This document shows, piece after piece, positions 29,501 to 44,412 of a DNA stretch of 64,000 nucleotides. Position numbers and translations under genes: made by a program. Numbering within the stretch: the first letter of the stretch is position 1; every line of letters starts with the position of its first letter. Under the pieces are notes generated by a model. It was not told where the DNA came from. It was given only the letters and a program-made list of their open reading frames with translations, and did not search any database. The DNA comes from the human T2T-CHM13v2.0 reference genome, Homo sapiens, in assembly GCF_009914755.1 (NCBI RefSeq), contig NC_060928.1. One strand, 5' to 3'.

Positions 29501-30633
29501 ACCTGAATAGTTTTCTGATAAAATGCCTCCTTCCCTGCTTACCCCTCTCCCTGGCAGCTCTGTCACCCCAAAAGAATTCTGCCTTCCTTGATAGATTTGC
29601 TCACCTGGCATCACCACAGTAACCTGGAGGTTTGTTTGCTAGTTCTCAGCAACATAAAACAAGCTGCCACCCCACCCCCTACCCTCACCGGGGCCCAGAA
29701 CAGATGGAGACAGCCCCTTGGGAAGCAGAGGGAGCCATAAGCTCATTGAGAAAAGATCACTCCAGCCACCTTGCCAACTCCTTGCTGTGCAGTATTCAGA
29801 AGTCTGAAGATGGAAACCCAAAACAGAAAGCTTTTGATTTCCAGATCCGCTGTGGTTGTTTCTCTCAAGACAAACCAAACTTTCTTCTGCATGTATTCCC
29901 CTATCATATTGCCAAGTCACAATTTGTCACTTTGAAAATATGGAATTTGTTGAACTGATATCATCCTATTAGTGACAAATCCATCTTTATTCATAAATAC
30001 TTTCCGCCCAAGAAATAAGTTTTGTATTAATATTGTATTGGAAATTAGTTAATAGTCCAGATGATGTGGGGTGTTTTCCTTGTTTATAAATGAGGTGCAT
30101 TAACACTCTCGTACCACTAGGGTGTCATTTAGTGAATGACTGCTCAGCTCTGCAGATGCAAGAGGCCAAATTCTTGTAGATGTGAATAAAAAATGATCAT
30201 TTTGGCTAAAACTGCAGATGGGAAGCAGATGTAATGTACAGAGGAAGTCGATTTCATTCCATCTCTTTCCTTTATTAAGTCTGTTAATTTGTCTTATTTA
30301 AAAAAGCATTCTGAATGCAAACACGTGTTAACTTGAGGCAAAGTGAAAACCAATATCATTCCTGCCTTCAAGAAGTTTACAGTCTCAACAAGTGTTTGGT
30401 CTATTAGGATTTGGGGTTGCCACTATTACTTTGAAACTGTTTAAAAGTTTACATCTCATCGAAATCATAATTACCCTGGGGAAAGATTAAAATTAAGAAA
30501 TTGTGAGACACGGAAATGTCAGGAGGGCAAAAGGAATGTATAACAGAAGAGGAAGTTACCTTTTGTGGAAAACACGTGATGCCAAGGCCAGGGAGGAGGG
30601 TGCAACAGTTAATGCAAAAAGAAACTGAGGCAG

Positions 30634-30923
30634 GGCCGGGCGCAGTGGCTCACGCCTGTAATCCCAGCACTTTGGGAGGCCGAGGCAGGCGGACCACTTG
30701 AGGTCAGGAGTTTGAGACCAGCCTGACCAACGTGGTAAAACCCTGTCTCTACTAAAAATACAAAAATTAGCCATGGTGGTGCACACTTGCAATCCCAGCT
30801 ACCTGGGAGGCTAAGGAGGGAGGATCGCTTAGATCCAGAAGGTGGAGGTTGCAGTGAGCTGAGATGCCACTGCACTCCAGCCTGAGAGACAGAGTGAGAC
30901 ACTGTCTCAAAAAAAAAAAAAAA
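30634..30923 (+). mobile_element. Alu (AluS-like)
   Basis: Dimer with A-tail; TSD AAAAGAAACTGA on both sides. Confidence 0.93.
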
Positions 30924-31039
30924 ATCAAGAAAAGAAACTGAAGAAGAAATGAACCTCAAAACAGCTACAGCAGTAATAATAACAAATAACTTAGTGAATG
31001 CTTCTAACGTGCCAGGCATGATATACAGCACATAACAAT

Positions 31040-31502
31040 CTCTTTTGCTTTGGGCTTCCTTGAGAAAAGGATTGGAGTGCAAGTTGTTTATTTGGGAGGT
31101 AACCCTAGGAAACACAGGTAAGGAAGTAGGAGAAATGAGAGAAAGAAGTGGAGGAGGCTGTAAGGAGTGCAACTCTGGGTAAGAAGAGTTTAGTTCTGCT
31201 TGGGACCCTCTGGGAGGCAGTGTGGAATGCACAGTCTAGACTGACCCTCCTGGAAGTGTGAGGGGCTGGGGTATTTGCTGATCTTCCAGCTCCTCAGTGG
31301 AAGGCTACTCCTAGGTGTTGGTCACTCCCGGGCACATCCCACCTGTGGCCAGCACAGGCAAAGTGGGGTCTAGCAGCCAGAGTAAGTCCTCGGGCAACGG
31401 GGTGCTGCTGCTGATGGAATCTGGGAAATTCATGGAAATGGTCATGCGTGGAAATGGTCAGGGTTGTGCGGATCTGAGTTGGGACCAACAGCATCTGCGA
31501 CA
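31040..31502 (-). mobile_element. ERVL LTR16-family solo LTR (diverged)
   Basis: AAGGATTGGAGTGCAAGTTGTTTATTTGGGAGGT...CCAACAGCATCTGCGACA resembles recalled LTR16A. Confidence 0.55.
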
Positions 31503-31599
31503 CAAACATTAACTCATTTAATTTTACCAAAACCTTATGAAGTGGGAACGATTACATTTCCAGTTTCTCCCAGGAGAACACAGTCTGAGAGTGAGGAGT

Positions 31600-32085
31600 G
31601 GCATCTGTTGTTTTTACCCAGCTAGTGTCGGTTCCCTCTTCTGGGAACAGCCCCCTGCTCTTCCTTTGAGAAACATTCCCTTCCCCGTCTCAGTGATCTG
31701 ACCTCACTTTCTCACTCCAGGGATGTGCAGGGGACCCCAGGTGACCGGATGAGAGCTCTGCCTCTCCAGAGCCATAGAGATTTTCACCAGAGCCATAGAG
31801 AGGCGTGCTCTCTCTGCTGGGAGAGCAAGGCTGGGAGAATGTGTAAGCCTGGCGCTCTTCCAGGCCATTTGACTCCCACCGGAATGAACCCAGCTGCTTA
31901 AGAATGAAGCCAGCTCAGAAGGAAAGAGAGCCTGAGAGGAAGCACTGCAGATTCCTGACTTAGATCCTTTGAGTAACTGGATCCAGCCCAACCTGAAGCT
32001 AGACACCTCCCTGGACTTTCTAAGTGTGTAAGCCAATAAACGTCTCCTCATTATAAGCCAGTCTGAGGCTGATTTATAGAAGTTA
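31600..32085 (+). mobile_element. MaLR solo LTR (MLT1J/K-like)
   Basis: AGAATGAAGCCA...CTGGATCCAGCC...CCTGAAGCTAG...CCCTGGACTTT...GCCAATAAA. Confidence 0.65.
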
Positions 32086-32488
32086 AGCATTTTGGCCAAG
32101 ATCGCACATCTAACAAGTGTGGAGTAATATTCAGATCCATACAACCCTAATTCCATATGTGCTAGGGTTCTTAACCACCATGCTGTACAGTGGCAAATAG
32201 CATCTATGGCTGGACAGAGCTCAGAGCCACATCCTTTCATTGCCTGGCCCTCACTGGGAGTCTCTTCCCTTCCAGAAGCAGCTGCCAATTTGTTTAACAG
32301 AGTAATTGATCAGGGTACATCTTGATTTTCTTTGTTTGTTTGTTTTTGACTCTCATGGAGGCAAACATCTCAGCTGTATTTGAATTGTTTGTTGCATCAA
32401 ATCATTAAATGTCTGGACATGTCTCGATCACTTGGTGAAAGGCTGGAGTGGAGGTGAGAGAAAGTGTAAAAAGAAAATAGGGAATTAA

Positions 32489-33035
<547 letters not shown>

Positions 33036-33099
33036 TTAAGACCTTCAACTCTTGCCCTTTTTCTGATGACCCAATCAGGAGATATTTCTGGACAACCTC

Positions 33100-33740
33100 T
33101 GTATTAGTCAGGACTCAGTTGCAAGTGACAAAAACCCAACTTCACTGGCTAAAACAAAACAAAAAAATTTTTAAGAACTTTAATGGTTTTCCTGACTGAA
33201 CAGCCCAGGAGTAGGGGTGTTTTCAGGCAAGGCTGGTCTATGCAAATCTCAAACAGTGTCAACAACCCAATTTCTTGGCTTTGCTTGCCTTTGGGTTGAC
33301 TTCATTTTCCATTCCACATGGAGCCTCCAACATAACTGGCTCACCTCTTCCTTTGTATCAGTGGTCCTAACAGAAAGAGAGTAGACAGATGAGATAGATG
33401 TGCATCTCTCTCTCTCTCTCTCCCTCCCTCCCTCCCTCCCTCCCTCTCTCTCTCTCAACAGTCCAGTCAAAAATCCTTAGATCCTAAAACATTGGCTCTG
33501 ATTGGGTCATGTTCCCATCTTTACATTAATTATGGTAATCAGTGGGATGCAATGCTCTGTGATTGGCCAGGCTTGAGTCTCATGCCCATCCTTGGCTCTA
33601 GAAGTCCATAACACCAAAGCAAATAAACAGACTGAAGAAGACGTAGCTTCCCAGAGGAAAATTCGAGGACAGTCTGTGTATCTGGTACTTTTGGGAGAAT
33701 GATGATTGGATGTCAAGCAGGCAAAAATGGCAGTCATCCA
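33100..33740 (-). mobile_element. MaLR solo LTR (MLT1J/K-like)
   Basis: TGTATTAGTCAGGACTCAGTTGCAAGTGACAAAAACCCAACT terminus; CTCTGATTGG motifs. Confidence 0.65.
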
Positions 33741-35774
33741 CATTGCACCTACTATGTTCTCTGCACTGTGGCTAACATGATAGAGGGTACGTGACCACTT
33801 TTTTGTCTTTAAGGAGCAGACGCTATGTTCAGAAAAAAGGTGTCACTACCTGTAGAACAACAAATAAAATATATAATAATAAATGAAGTTCACTGATGAG
33901 CATATCACAGGTTGTTATTTGCAGGCAACAGAATTCACTTCAGATACTTTAGGCAGAAAGTCTTAGGTAACTCATATAATTTCCAGGAGGGTTAGAGAAT
34001 TGGGTTTGGATGCTACAAATAGGAACAAAGCTGCCAGGAAAAAAAGCTATATGACAATAGACTGGACACCAGAAACTCTACCACCCACAGTCTTGGAAGA
34101 ACAGGAAGCTTGGTAACCTCATTTGCCAGAACATCTGATCTCCCTGTACTTAGCAGTTGCCATACATTGTGCACTTCTGCCTGTAAGACTGGAGAAGGTG
34201 TGTTTGCCTGGAGGCACCTTGGTCACATGGGTGACCTGCAAAAGGTTCTGGGAAATGTTGCTTTTGGCTCTCTGGCCTCTATGAACCACAGAGTTAGTAG
34301 GAGAATGTTGCAATGGAAACCGAATGAGTTAATTTACGATATCTGCCACAGAGCAGGTGACAGGAGTTCAGGGGAGAGAAGAATAAAAAGGCCAAGATCC
34401 AATCGTCTGTCACATTGGTTGTCTGACATTTGCTTAAAAATCAGAGGCTATAGATGCCGGGGATAAAATGTCCACAGAAGCCACACCTGGTCCATACCTC
34501 CAAGTTCTGGATGCCATTTGAAGACAGATGATGGCAAGTTGTGTTTGTCCATGGGCAGAAGATCAAGAAGAAGTCTGGGCTATGTTGTATGAACCATCTT
34601 GACACCTCCCTCCCCTTCAATATCAATATCCAATGTCTCTCCTTAAATGCTTCCCCTTCTGTCTACTTCCACTCAGTCACCTATGCTGGGCTACCTTTCT
34701 CTTCTGTCAGGACCCTATGGTAGATTCCTAACAGGTCTTTTTGCATCCATTGTGACCCAGCCATTCTTCATCCTGCAAAAAGAATAATGTCTTCAAAGCG
34801 CAAATCTAATCATAGCGCGCTTCAGTGGCTTTCATTGCTCTTTGGATCAAAACCCAAATCCTAAAAATGACCCCTTTCAGTTCCTCTAATCTAGACACCT
34901 ACCCCAACCCCAAGTCTGACACAATTTTCCATAATCCCACAGGGCTTTCTAAGGAGTTACAAGGCCCCTTGTGACCAGATTCTTCCACGGACCTCTCCAG
35001 CTCATCTCAAGTGACTTTTTCCTTTGCTCCTTCTCAAAGGCCTCCCAACTCACACAAGGCCTCAGTGTGGCCAGCTCACTTAAGCTCTCAGAGACGTCAG
35101 ATTCTTCCACCTCAGTGTGGCTTTGCCCCTACTCTTCCCTCTGCCTGGAGAAGCTTTCCTACCCTTCCTGCCTGCCTAAGACCTTCTCAAACTCTAGAGT
35201 AGAGGTCATCATTTTGAGGAAAGTCTCTTGTCACAGTCCCAGAGGAAAGCCCTTTCATCTCTTCTCCTGGTTTCTGCCACACCTCTGTTCCATCTCCCAC
35301 CAGCTGGTCTTATTCACTGTGGTTTTCCTCACCTAGCACAGAACCCACTCAATACAAGTTGACTGAACAAGACCAAATAAACGTTAAAAGGAAGAAGAAA
35401 AAAAAATCCCTCTACACAGAAAGCAGTAATAAATAAAATGTGTTCTACTACCACCTTAAGACCTCAATTAATGTGCTTTTCTCCTCGTGAATCCTTGCTT
35501 CCAAGCAAATAGAATCTGACAGGCCGAATTAAATCATTTATCTTTCTAGGTCTCTGCCTTGGTTCTAACACTAGTGAAAAAGCCCTGATATTTCATAAGA
35601 AACTGGCAAAAGCAAGAGCTACGGCCTGGTACCTTGACTTTATCTGGTGGTGCAACCGATATATACATGTGTCAGGAGAAAAACATTCATTTCCAATGCT
35701 TCTTTTACCTAGGTGGAATTAAATGCCAGATTACCATATTTGATCATTTTGTTTTCTCACACACACCCTAAGGA

Positions 35775-35777
<3 letters not shown>

Positions 35778-35821
<44 letters not shown>

Positions 35822-35845
35822 CGCGCATGCGTGTGCGTGTGCGTG
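35778..35845 (+). repeat. (TG)n(CG)n alternating purine-pyrimidine repeat
   Basis: Read directly: ~17 TG units followed by a GC run. Confidence 0.93.
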
Positions 35846-36609
35846 CCAACCAGGTTATTTAACTCCATACGTGGCTACAGCTGCAAACTACAGTGCAAAC
35901 AGCCTTAGTGACAAAAACACAACCAGAAATGCTTAAAACTTCTGCTAAATGTTATGTTCCAGTTCCATCTTACACATTTTAATGTCTTTTGATTTGGAGT
36001 GACCTATGGGTTTCAACCATGGGCCAGCGAGGAAACAAAAGATCATTTCCACTCTGCCCTGTATAATTAAATACCTAGATGAAGTTTTCTCTGGTTCTGC
36101 TTTCAGAGCCAAACAACGCTTGTTTGCATTCCATCATCATATATCAACACCCACGGGCCAGGGGAATTTACCTTTGCTGTTCTATCGCTAGACCCTTATA
36201 TCAGGGCATCCTGACCGCATTTAAGCATATCAGAGAGGCCTCTGGTTACGAAGCCTGCAATATTTATTTTTCCTTAAATCACAAAAATATCCTATTTACA
36301 GTCCACTATTTGGAAAGGGATAACATGGATACAGACACTCCATAGATAATCCCTGCATCTCGTCTACAGATTCAAACATCTGTTTTTCTTCAAACCTTTG
36401 TCTCGGAGATGCTGAGTAGTCACGAAAGGGAGTGGTTTGGATTCCCCTCTGCTCGCTTCTCCTGCTGAGATCTGGAGGGTGAGACCCCAGTGAGATGGCA
36501 TCGGGGTCAGACAGAGAGAAGGAAGACAGTGAGGAAAGGCGAGGATGAGTTGGGGACTTTGTGCAGCCGGAAGCAACCTGAGAGGCTCCACAAGCCATGT
36601 TCACGCGAG

Positions 36610-36755
36610 GGCTCCTTGGGCACAAATCACCTGGGGGATTTCATCACAGTGAAGATTCTGGCTTGTTAGGGTTGGACAGGGGCCTGAGATTCTGCATTTA
36701 CTAGCAAGCTCCTGGAGGCTGCTGCTGCTGCTGGCTGGGACCTGCAATATGAGTG
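36610..36755. mobile_element. MER5-type hAT DNA transposon fragment
   Basis: AATCACCTGGGGGA...GGGGCCTGAGATTCTGCATTT...CAAGCTCC. Confidence 0.6.
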
Positions 36756-37232
36756 TTCAGGATCTTTAAACCTCAGGCTCTGAGTCAGACAGGCCTGGCT
36801 GGGAATCACCCCCTGGGTAGCTGGGCACTCTTGGGCAAATTTCTTAATTCTCTAGACCCTGGATTCCTTATCAGTGTAACAGCAATGATAGTACCCACTG
36901 AGCAGGTCTGCACATGAGGGGTTCAGTGTAATGTCTGGCGTGCCAGAAAGCCATCTGGTTAGCGTTGCTTATTGTTACCTGATTCAGAGACTTCTTGGAG
37001 TGAGGCATGTTAAAGGTGACAGAATGAGGACCAGAGCCTAACTCCCCAACTTCCTGGGAAGTACGCCTTGCCTATTTCATTATTTTATTATTTTTAATAT
37101 TTAGATTTCTCTTGGTTGTATTTTCTCATTACACATAATAATACAGATTTGTGAAAAGAAAGAAAAGGAGGAAGATAGGGAGGTTAAGACAGAGGGAGAG
37201 AGAAAAGAAGGAAAAGAATTAAATTAGAAAAA

Positions 37233-37905
<673 letters not shown>

Positions 37906-39205
37906 TTATAAACACATATACTTTAAATAATAGAATTCTATTGAACATACCATTTTGCAATCTTTTTATTTTCCCTCGATGCACGCCAATAATAATAGAA
38001 CAATAGTAGTGATGACAATAACAATAGCTAGTCTTTTTTAGCCTCTTACTATGTGTTAAACACCCCTCTAACACACTCTTAACTCATGAATTTTCACAAC
38101 CCTTTGACATAGACGCTTATCATCTGCATTTTATAAATGAGGAAACTGAGGCACAAAAAGTGTAATATACCCAAGGTCTCACAACTAGTAAATGGGGAAT
38201 TCAGGGTGGAAACCAGGCAGCCCACAGCACAGCCCCTGCCTAAAAAACCCATGTTCTGTGTTCTTCATGGTTCATCCTGACGTGCTGTTTCACTGCCTGA
38301 TTATTTTCCATTTACCACATCATGAATATCTGTCCTCGCCATTCCATAGTTTTGCACAACATCACTTTTGGTGGCTGCATAGTATTTGTTGTCTATTATT
38401 ATCTCCATTTTACAGATGAGAAAATCGAGGCTTGGGTGCTCAGTAGGCTGGCGGAGGGTAGTTGGAATGACCACAACCTGCCTTCAAGCCCTAGGCGCTG
38501 TCCGCCCCACAGTGCTCTCAGAAGTACACACACTGAGCACCTACTGCAATCAGGGTATTTGCTGGTCTCAGTGAAGAATGGCAGACCCATACGATTCTCA
38601 CTGCTGTGCAACTTACAGTCCAGTGGGTTGAGACTCGCAATGAAATAAGTAAGCAAATACATGACCAAGATGATTTGAGATATTGGCAAGTGCTAGAAAA
38701 ACAATTCCACTCTGTGGTGTGATGAGTGTGAGTGGCAGTGATTATTCTGGAAAACTGTTTGAGGAGGTAAGATTTGAAGTGATACCCAGATGACAAGAGG
38801 AAGTCATCACACAGTAATCTAGAGTCAGATTTATCTAAAGCTCTTAACATCAAACAAAAGCTTAGTGCTAACCTGAGGGAATGGTGAGCAGAAGCATTTT
38901 TTATTTTTAGAAGTCTCATAAAGAGCATGAGACAGTGCAGGCAGAGTGGAAACAGCAAGGCTTGTGAGCCAGGGCTGGCGGGGGTGAGCCTGGCTCTGTC
39001 CCGCGTGTGGCCTTTGACAGAGTCCCAGTCACCTCATCTGTAAAATGGGCTTGCAATTGCTTAGAGCAGGGCTGCTGTCAACATGAAATGGAATAACTAT
39101 GGAAAGCACCTGGAGGATACTGTAATCTCTACTGTTGACATCAGCTCTCAGGGTTTGATTGGCCTGCCCTTTGAAGCATCCAGTCTGGAATATTAAGACA
39201 TCAGT

Positions 39206-39513
39206 GTCCGGGTGTGGTGGCTTATGCCTGTAATCCCAGTATTTTGGGAGGCTAAGGCAGGCAGATCACTTAAGGTCAGGAGTTCAAGGTTAGTTCAAGC
39301 CTAGCCAACATGGCAAAACGCTGCCTCTACTAAAAATACAAAAATCAGCCAGGCATGGAGGCACGCCCCTGTAATCCCAGCTACTCAGGAGGCTGAGGCA
39401 GGAGAAACACTTGAACCTGGGAGGCGGAGGCTGCAGTGAGCCGAGATTGCGCCATTGCTCTCCAGCCTGGGCGACGGAGCAAGACTCCGTCCCACAAAAA
39501 AAAAAAAAAAAAA
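39206..39513 (+). mobile_element. Alu (AluS-type)
   Basis: Dimer with A-tail; TSD AAGACATCAG on both sides. Confidence 0.94.
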
Positions 39514-42500
39514 AGACATCAGCATTAATCAACAGGAGAATAAGGAGATTCCTGAGATTTCACAAACGACACATATTTGTGAGCCTGTTGGGTATTGTCA
39601 CCATATTATGATTAAGATCTAGATAATACTTGGCACATCATTTACTAAGTCTCTCCACAAGAGCAACTTGGAAAATTCAGAGGAATGACCTTTGGCTTCT
39701 CAGTTGGTCTGTTTACTCTGATAGACTGAGGGAGAAGGCTAACTGGGTCACCCATGACCATCTTTGACCTTTCTCAACTCTCAGTTGATGTCACTGTTGT
39801 GGTAGAGGCCCTTGGGGAAAAATTCTTTCTCTCTCAACTTTCTTTGTCCATGGAAGTAAATTGTGTTAACAATGGCTCTGACTACATTTATATCCATTGC
39901 CTACCTTCATCTTCCTACCTCCTGTTCTCCCCATTTTACAGACGAGGGGACCGAGGTTCCGAGAGGTCACACAGCCAGGTAGGCAGCTCGCTCTGGGCTG
40001 GGTCCTTTTCTCGTTCATGTACTCAGTCCCCACAACAGTCTTCAAGCCTTTTTGCCTCAGGAACCACTCTTTCTTCCATTTTCCCCTGGTCAGCTCTGAC
40101 CTCGTCCTCAGATCTCAGCTTGTGTCACTTCCTCAGTGAAAAGCCCATATTATGGGCTCACCAAGCTCTGTATCTTCCTCCTGCGTCCTGCCTATCAAAG
40201 CTACAATTGCACAATTGTCCATGTGACTGTTGGATCCATGTATAAAGTAGGAGTAAAGAGCCCAAGCTCAGACATCAGGGACGTGGGTTTAGAAATGAGT
40301 GCCACCTCTTTCCAGCTGAGTGTCTTTGGGCTAGTTATTTAGCCCCTGCCCATCTCAGTTTCCTGGGGTGTAAAATGAGAATCATAATAATAACTACCTC
40401 ATAGAATGGCAATGATGTGAAATCAACTCATGTTGCTAAAGTTCTTGGGGAAAATGCCCAACAGACAGCCTGCGATACACGTAGAGAGGGGCCAGAAGGC
40501 CATCTCCTAGGCCACACCGAGCCACACTGCAACCTCCATACAGGCAGGATGGTGTTGCGCTTGGCAAAGCAGGTATTCCACAAATATCTGTAGAATTCAA
40601 TGAAGTACTATCATCATCATCCTCATTATCATTCTCATTTTACAAGAGAGCGTTCAAGTCGCTTGCCCAAGGTCACATGACTAGTTAAGACACTGAGCTG
40701 AGACTCACCTTAAATCCTATTGCTCATCCCACCTGGCTATTCTGCTGGCCATAGGGTCTTCTGGTCTACTGTGGATAAAACCCAGAGTCCAGGCAGGACA
40801 GGGAACAGGGGGTTGCAGAAGCTTAGGGAGGAAGCACGCCAAAGTAGGCGCACCTTCATACAGTCTCCCAAGCCCGACTGCCTGCAGATTTTCTGTCTGA
40901 GCCGCCAGAAACAAAGATGACAGCCGAAGGGCTGAAGGTCACTCCAGAGTAGGGAGAGAGGGGTCTTGGTGGGCCCAGATCTCCCAGCACCAGGCAGTGG
41001 GTTCTCACACCAGCCTTGGTCTCCTGGGCACAGAACGAGGACAGGGATAGGAGACCTCCCATCTCTCAAATGCCCTGGTGTGTTTAACTTGTTCCTGCAT
41101 TTTCCTGGGGGACTTGTGTGTGCTCTGGGCCTAATGATTTCCTGTGAACATTCTACCCGGGGTGTATTCCTGTGTCTTCAGAGGAAGGACTAATCCAGCC
41201 AGACCGTCTCCATTCCCCTCCCTTTACCCTCTCGGACCAGACCAGCCTGGCATTTTTTTCTCTTGAATTTAAGAGCCTTGCAGACACGAAGATCCTTTTA
41301 GCTTTTAACATATTTAATAATTTATTATTTATCTAGTGTTTTTGTAAATGTATTCCTCAGATCTTGCCTTTGCATCTCTAGTTTCCAATTTGCACCTACC
41401 TGACATAGTTTATATTACAATCCCTTGATTCTCCAAAGGCAGGGTTTCCTCTTTTAACACTTTTTTATAGTCCTAATGAACTTCTATGCTTCATTTACTC
41501 AAGAAGACATCTCTCTCTCCCTCTTTCACATTTTCCTGCTCACAGGCATACAAATCATATGTGTCACTAATACAGTGTTGATTTTTCCTGGGTTGGTTCT
41601 TTTTTTAAACATGTTTGCCCTTCAGCCTGCTATTAACCAGTTTCTTCCTACTTTGAAAAACTCACTCTTTTAAATTTCATCATTCAGTATTTCCTCAGGG
41701 ATTTTACCCTTTATTAAGAAGTCAGAACCAATTTTGGAGCAATCCTGGATACCAAACAGTCTCCTGAATCCTTTGTCTCCTCCCCAGCTCTGGCACAGGA
41801 GTGGGCACACAGCAGTGACCCAATAAATACTTGTTGGTTGACCAGGTGGCCAACAAGTGATTTTCAGAGAGGCAGATTGGAGTCCTGCTTAAGTACATGG
41901 GTGTGAAATCGGGACATGTGGGTTTCAGTGCTGGTTTTATTCCACATGTGGCTCTGTGACCTTAAGCAAGCCACTCAAATGCTCTAGGCTTCCATTTCCT
42001 CAGCTGTAAAATGGGAATGAGAGTCTTTTCTACCATCTTCCAAGGCTTACTGCAAGGATTAAATACATAAAACACTAAGGAAGATACCTGACAGAGCAAG
42101 CTGTCGATAAACAATAACTTTGGTTTCTTGCCTACTGCCTCCTCTTTGCAAGACACTTACATGATAGAGATTACCTTGAATCACAGACAGAACAAGGCAA
42201 TTCACACCTCTCCCCGCACTTCCAAATTAAGAACCACGTGTGATAAAGGCACTAGGAAGATCTCGCTCTCGGTTGTCCACACAAGCATTTAGATGTGTGC
42301 AAACGGCCCATCCATGAGTCCCAGTCTCCTGCTGTCCCTTCTGAGACCTCAAGGCCAGCATCTGTAAAAAGGGGATGGTACTTTGCCCCTTACTGGAGAA
42401 AGAATTCACCATCCCTATTCTCAAACCTGTCGCCTTCATTTAAATGATCTATTGCCTTGTTACCCTAACATGAATTGCCCTCACACCAGTTCAAAACAGC

Positions 42501-42580
42501 TGGTAAATAAACCAACTAGGACGATAGAGGCCATCCAGTCCTCTTTAAGGATGGGTTGGCTCAGGAGGTCAAGGCAGAAA

Positions 42581-42599
42581 TGCCCACTAGGGGGCGAGC
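42581..42599 (+). promoter_or_regulatory. Candidate CTCF binding motif
   Basis: TGCCCACTAGGGGGCGAGC fits the CCASYAGRKGGCR core; several CpGs retained locally. Confidence 0.55.
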
Positions 42600-43930
42600 G
42601 TGCTCACTCATCGATCCCCGTGGTGGTTCAGTCCTGGAACTACTAGGAAGGGAAGAGGGGGCTAACACGTTCCAGGCACTCTCCCAGGCCCATCTCTGGA
42701 TGCACTACCACATGTAATCTAACATTGCCCCGGCTGAGGAGGTTGTATTTCTCCATATTAAACCTAGGTATTCTGAGGCTTAGGGGGGTTAGTTAATCGG
42801 CCCAGGATCCCAGAGCTGAAAGTGGAAATTGTGATGGAAACGAGGCTTCTCCTACTCTAGCAGGCCACCTAAAGGGTCCCTGTAAAGGGCAATACTCAGC
42901 TTTGACTGTTGGAAAGGAAGGTGTGCAGACACCAGACATGTGGACACTGACAAAATGGTGGGTCACATACACCTTCCCCCAAAAAGGGGCGTAAGTTTAA
43001 GCCTGTGTTTCCCAAAGTGTGTCCCACAGAACATAAATCCTGAAAGGTCCTCTGTAAAAAAGGTCTCTGAGGTCATAGAAGTATTTGAAATGTGGCATTT
43101 ACTGTTCTTTCTGAAATACAAAATACTGGTGAATATGTTAAAGGTCGTGGGAAGTCCTGCAGTAAAGAAACCTGTTTGCTTGACTTTGTTTAATCTAGTT
43201 GAGCACTTGGCCAGCCTATTGGACATCAGGGTTGTTACATACATATGACATCTATTCATTTTTTAAAAATAAGCTTGCTTCAGAACATTAGGAACATACT
43301 GAAAGTGAAGGAATGGGAATTCACACATTCAAATAAGGGATTGACATAGATGTCTCAAAGACAGAGGAAAGTGCGTCCAAGTAGGGTATTTATGGAAAGT
43401 CTGAGTTATGAAACAAAAACAGACCCAGAACCATACAGAAACCTAAAGTCTTTAGGATATGAAGAACCATTTCAGCATTCAGGATGACTCCAAAATGTAA
43501 TCCAGAAGACAAACTATCATGGTAACCAAGATGTTTCACACCATGGGGTAAAAATTTTACATTTTGAGTCCTTAATCTCCAAAGCATGCTCAGAGCTGGA
43601 TCTTAGCATGGAATGTGAGTTTAATCATGAACTTGCTGTATTCATCAACACACACACACACACAATGGAAAAAAGTTTTGCTACGATTGTACTGAATGGC
43701 TTAGAGAGTACAGTCCACAGAGACAGATGGTTAGACCCATGGCTGGCTCCCAAAGCTGCATTCTCCAGTTCAGTGAGAGGCCAGCAGAGACAAGTGAGGA
43801 ACCAGCTGCTTTCCACAGCTGGAACAGCTGCAGGGATTGACCTTGAGAGACCCTGCAGTCAGCACACGAACCTGGTGGCTCATGCTGACTTCATGCCTCA
43901 GAATGGAGTACAATGAAAAAGAACATCTAC

Positions 43931-44412
43931 TGTTCCTGATGGGTTAAAGATGGCCACAAATCCTTTGATACTTCCCCTTTCAATAGGTGGGGTCTAATTT
44001 CCCTCCCCTTGAATCTGAGCTGGTCATAATGGCTCACTTGACCAAGAAAATGCGGCAACCGTACTCTTCTGGGACTTTTGAGGCTAAATCTTAAGAAGCT
44101 TGCAGCTTCTGTCAGTCTCCTAGAACACTCAGTCCTGGGACCCAGCTACCTTTCTGTGAGGAAGACCAAGCAGCCCCATGGAGAGGCCACATGGAGCCCT
44201 GGTTGAGCTCCAGCCAACAGCCAGCACCATCTTGCCAGCCATGTAAATAAGCCATCTTAGAAGTAGTTGGAAAACCAACAAGTCATCCAGCCACGCCCTA
44301 CGCTTCTCACCCCTAAATGATCTGATCCTACATTCATGAAATACAGTAAAATGGTTGCTTTAAGCCACTAAATGTGAGATTATTTGTTAAACAGCAATAG
44401 ATAACTGGAACA
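43931..44412 (+). mobile_element. MaLR solo LTR (MLT1F/G/H-like)
   Basis: AAAGATGGCCACAAAT...CCCCTTGAATCTGAGCTGG...TAAGCCACTAA...CAGCAATAGATAACTGGAACA. Confidence 0.75.

Noticed and set aside
27872-30130. Weaker CTCF-like motifs at ~27,872 and ~30,112
   Set aside because: Two or more core mismatches; not supportable from sequence alone
31766-31800. 14-bp direct repeat CCAGAGCCATAGAG
   Set aside because: Small local duplication within an old LTR with no sign of function
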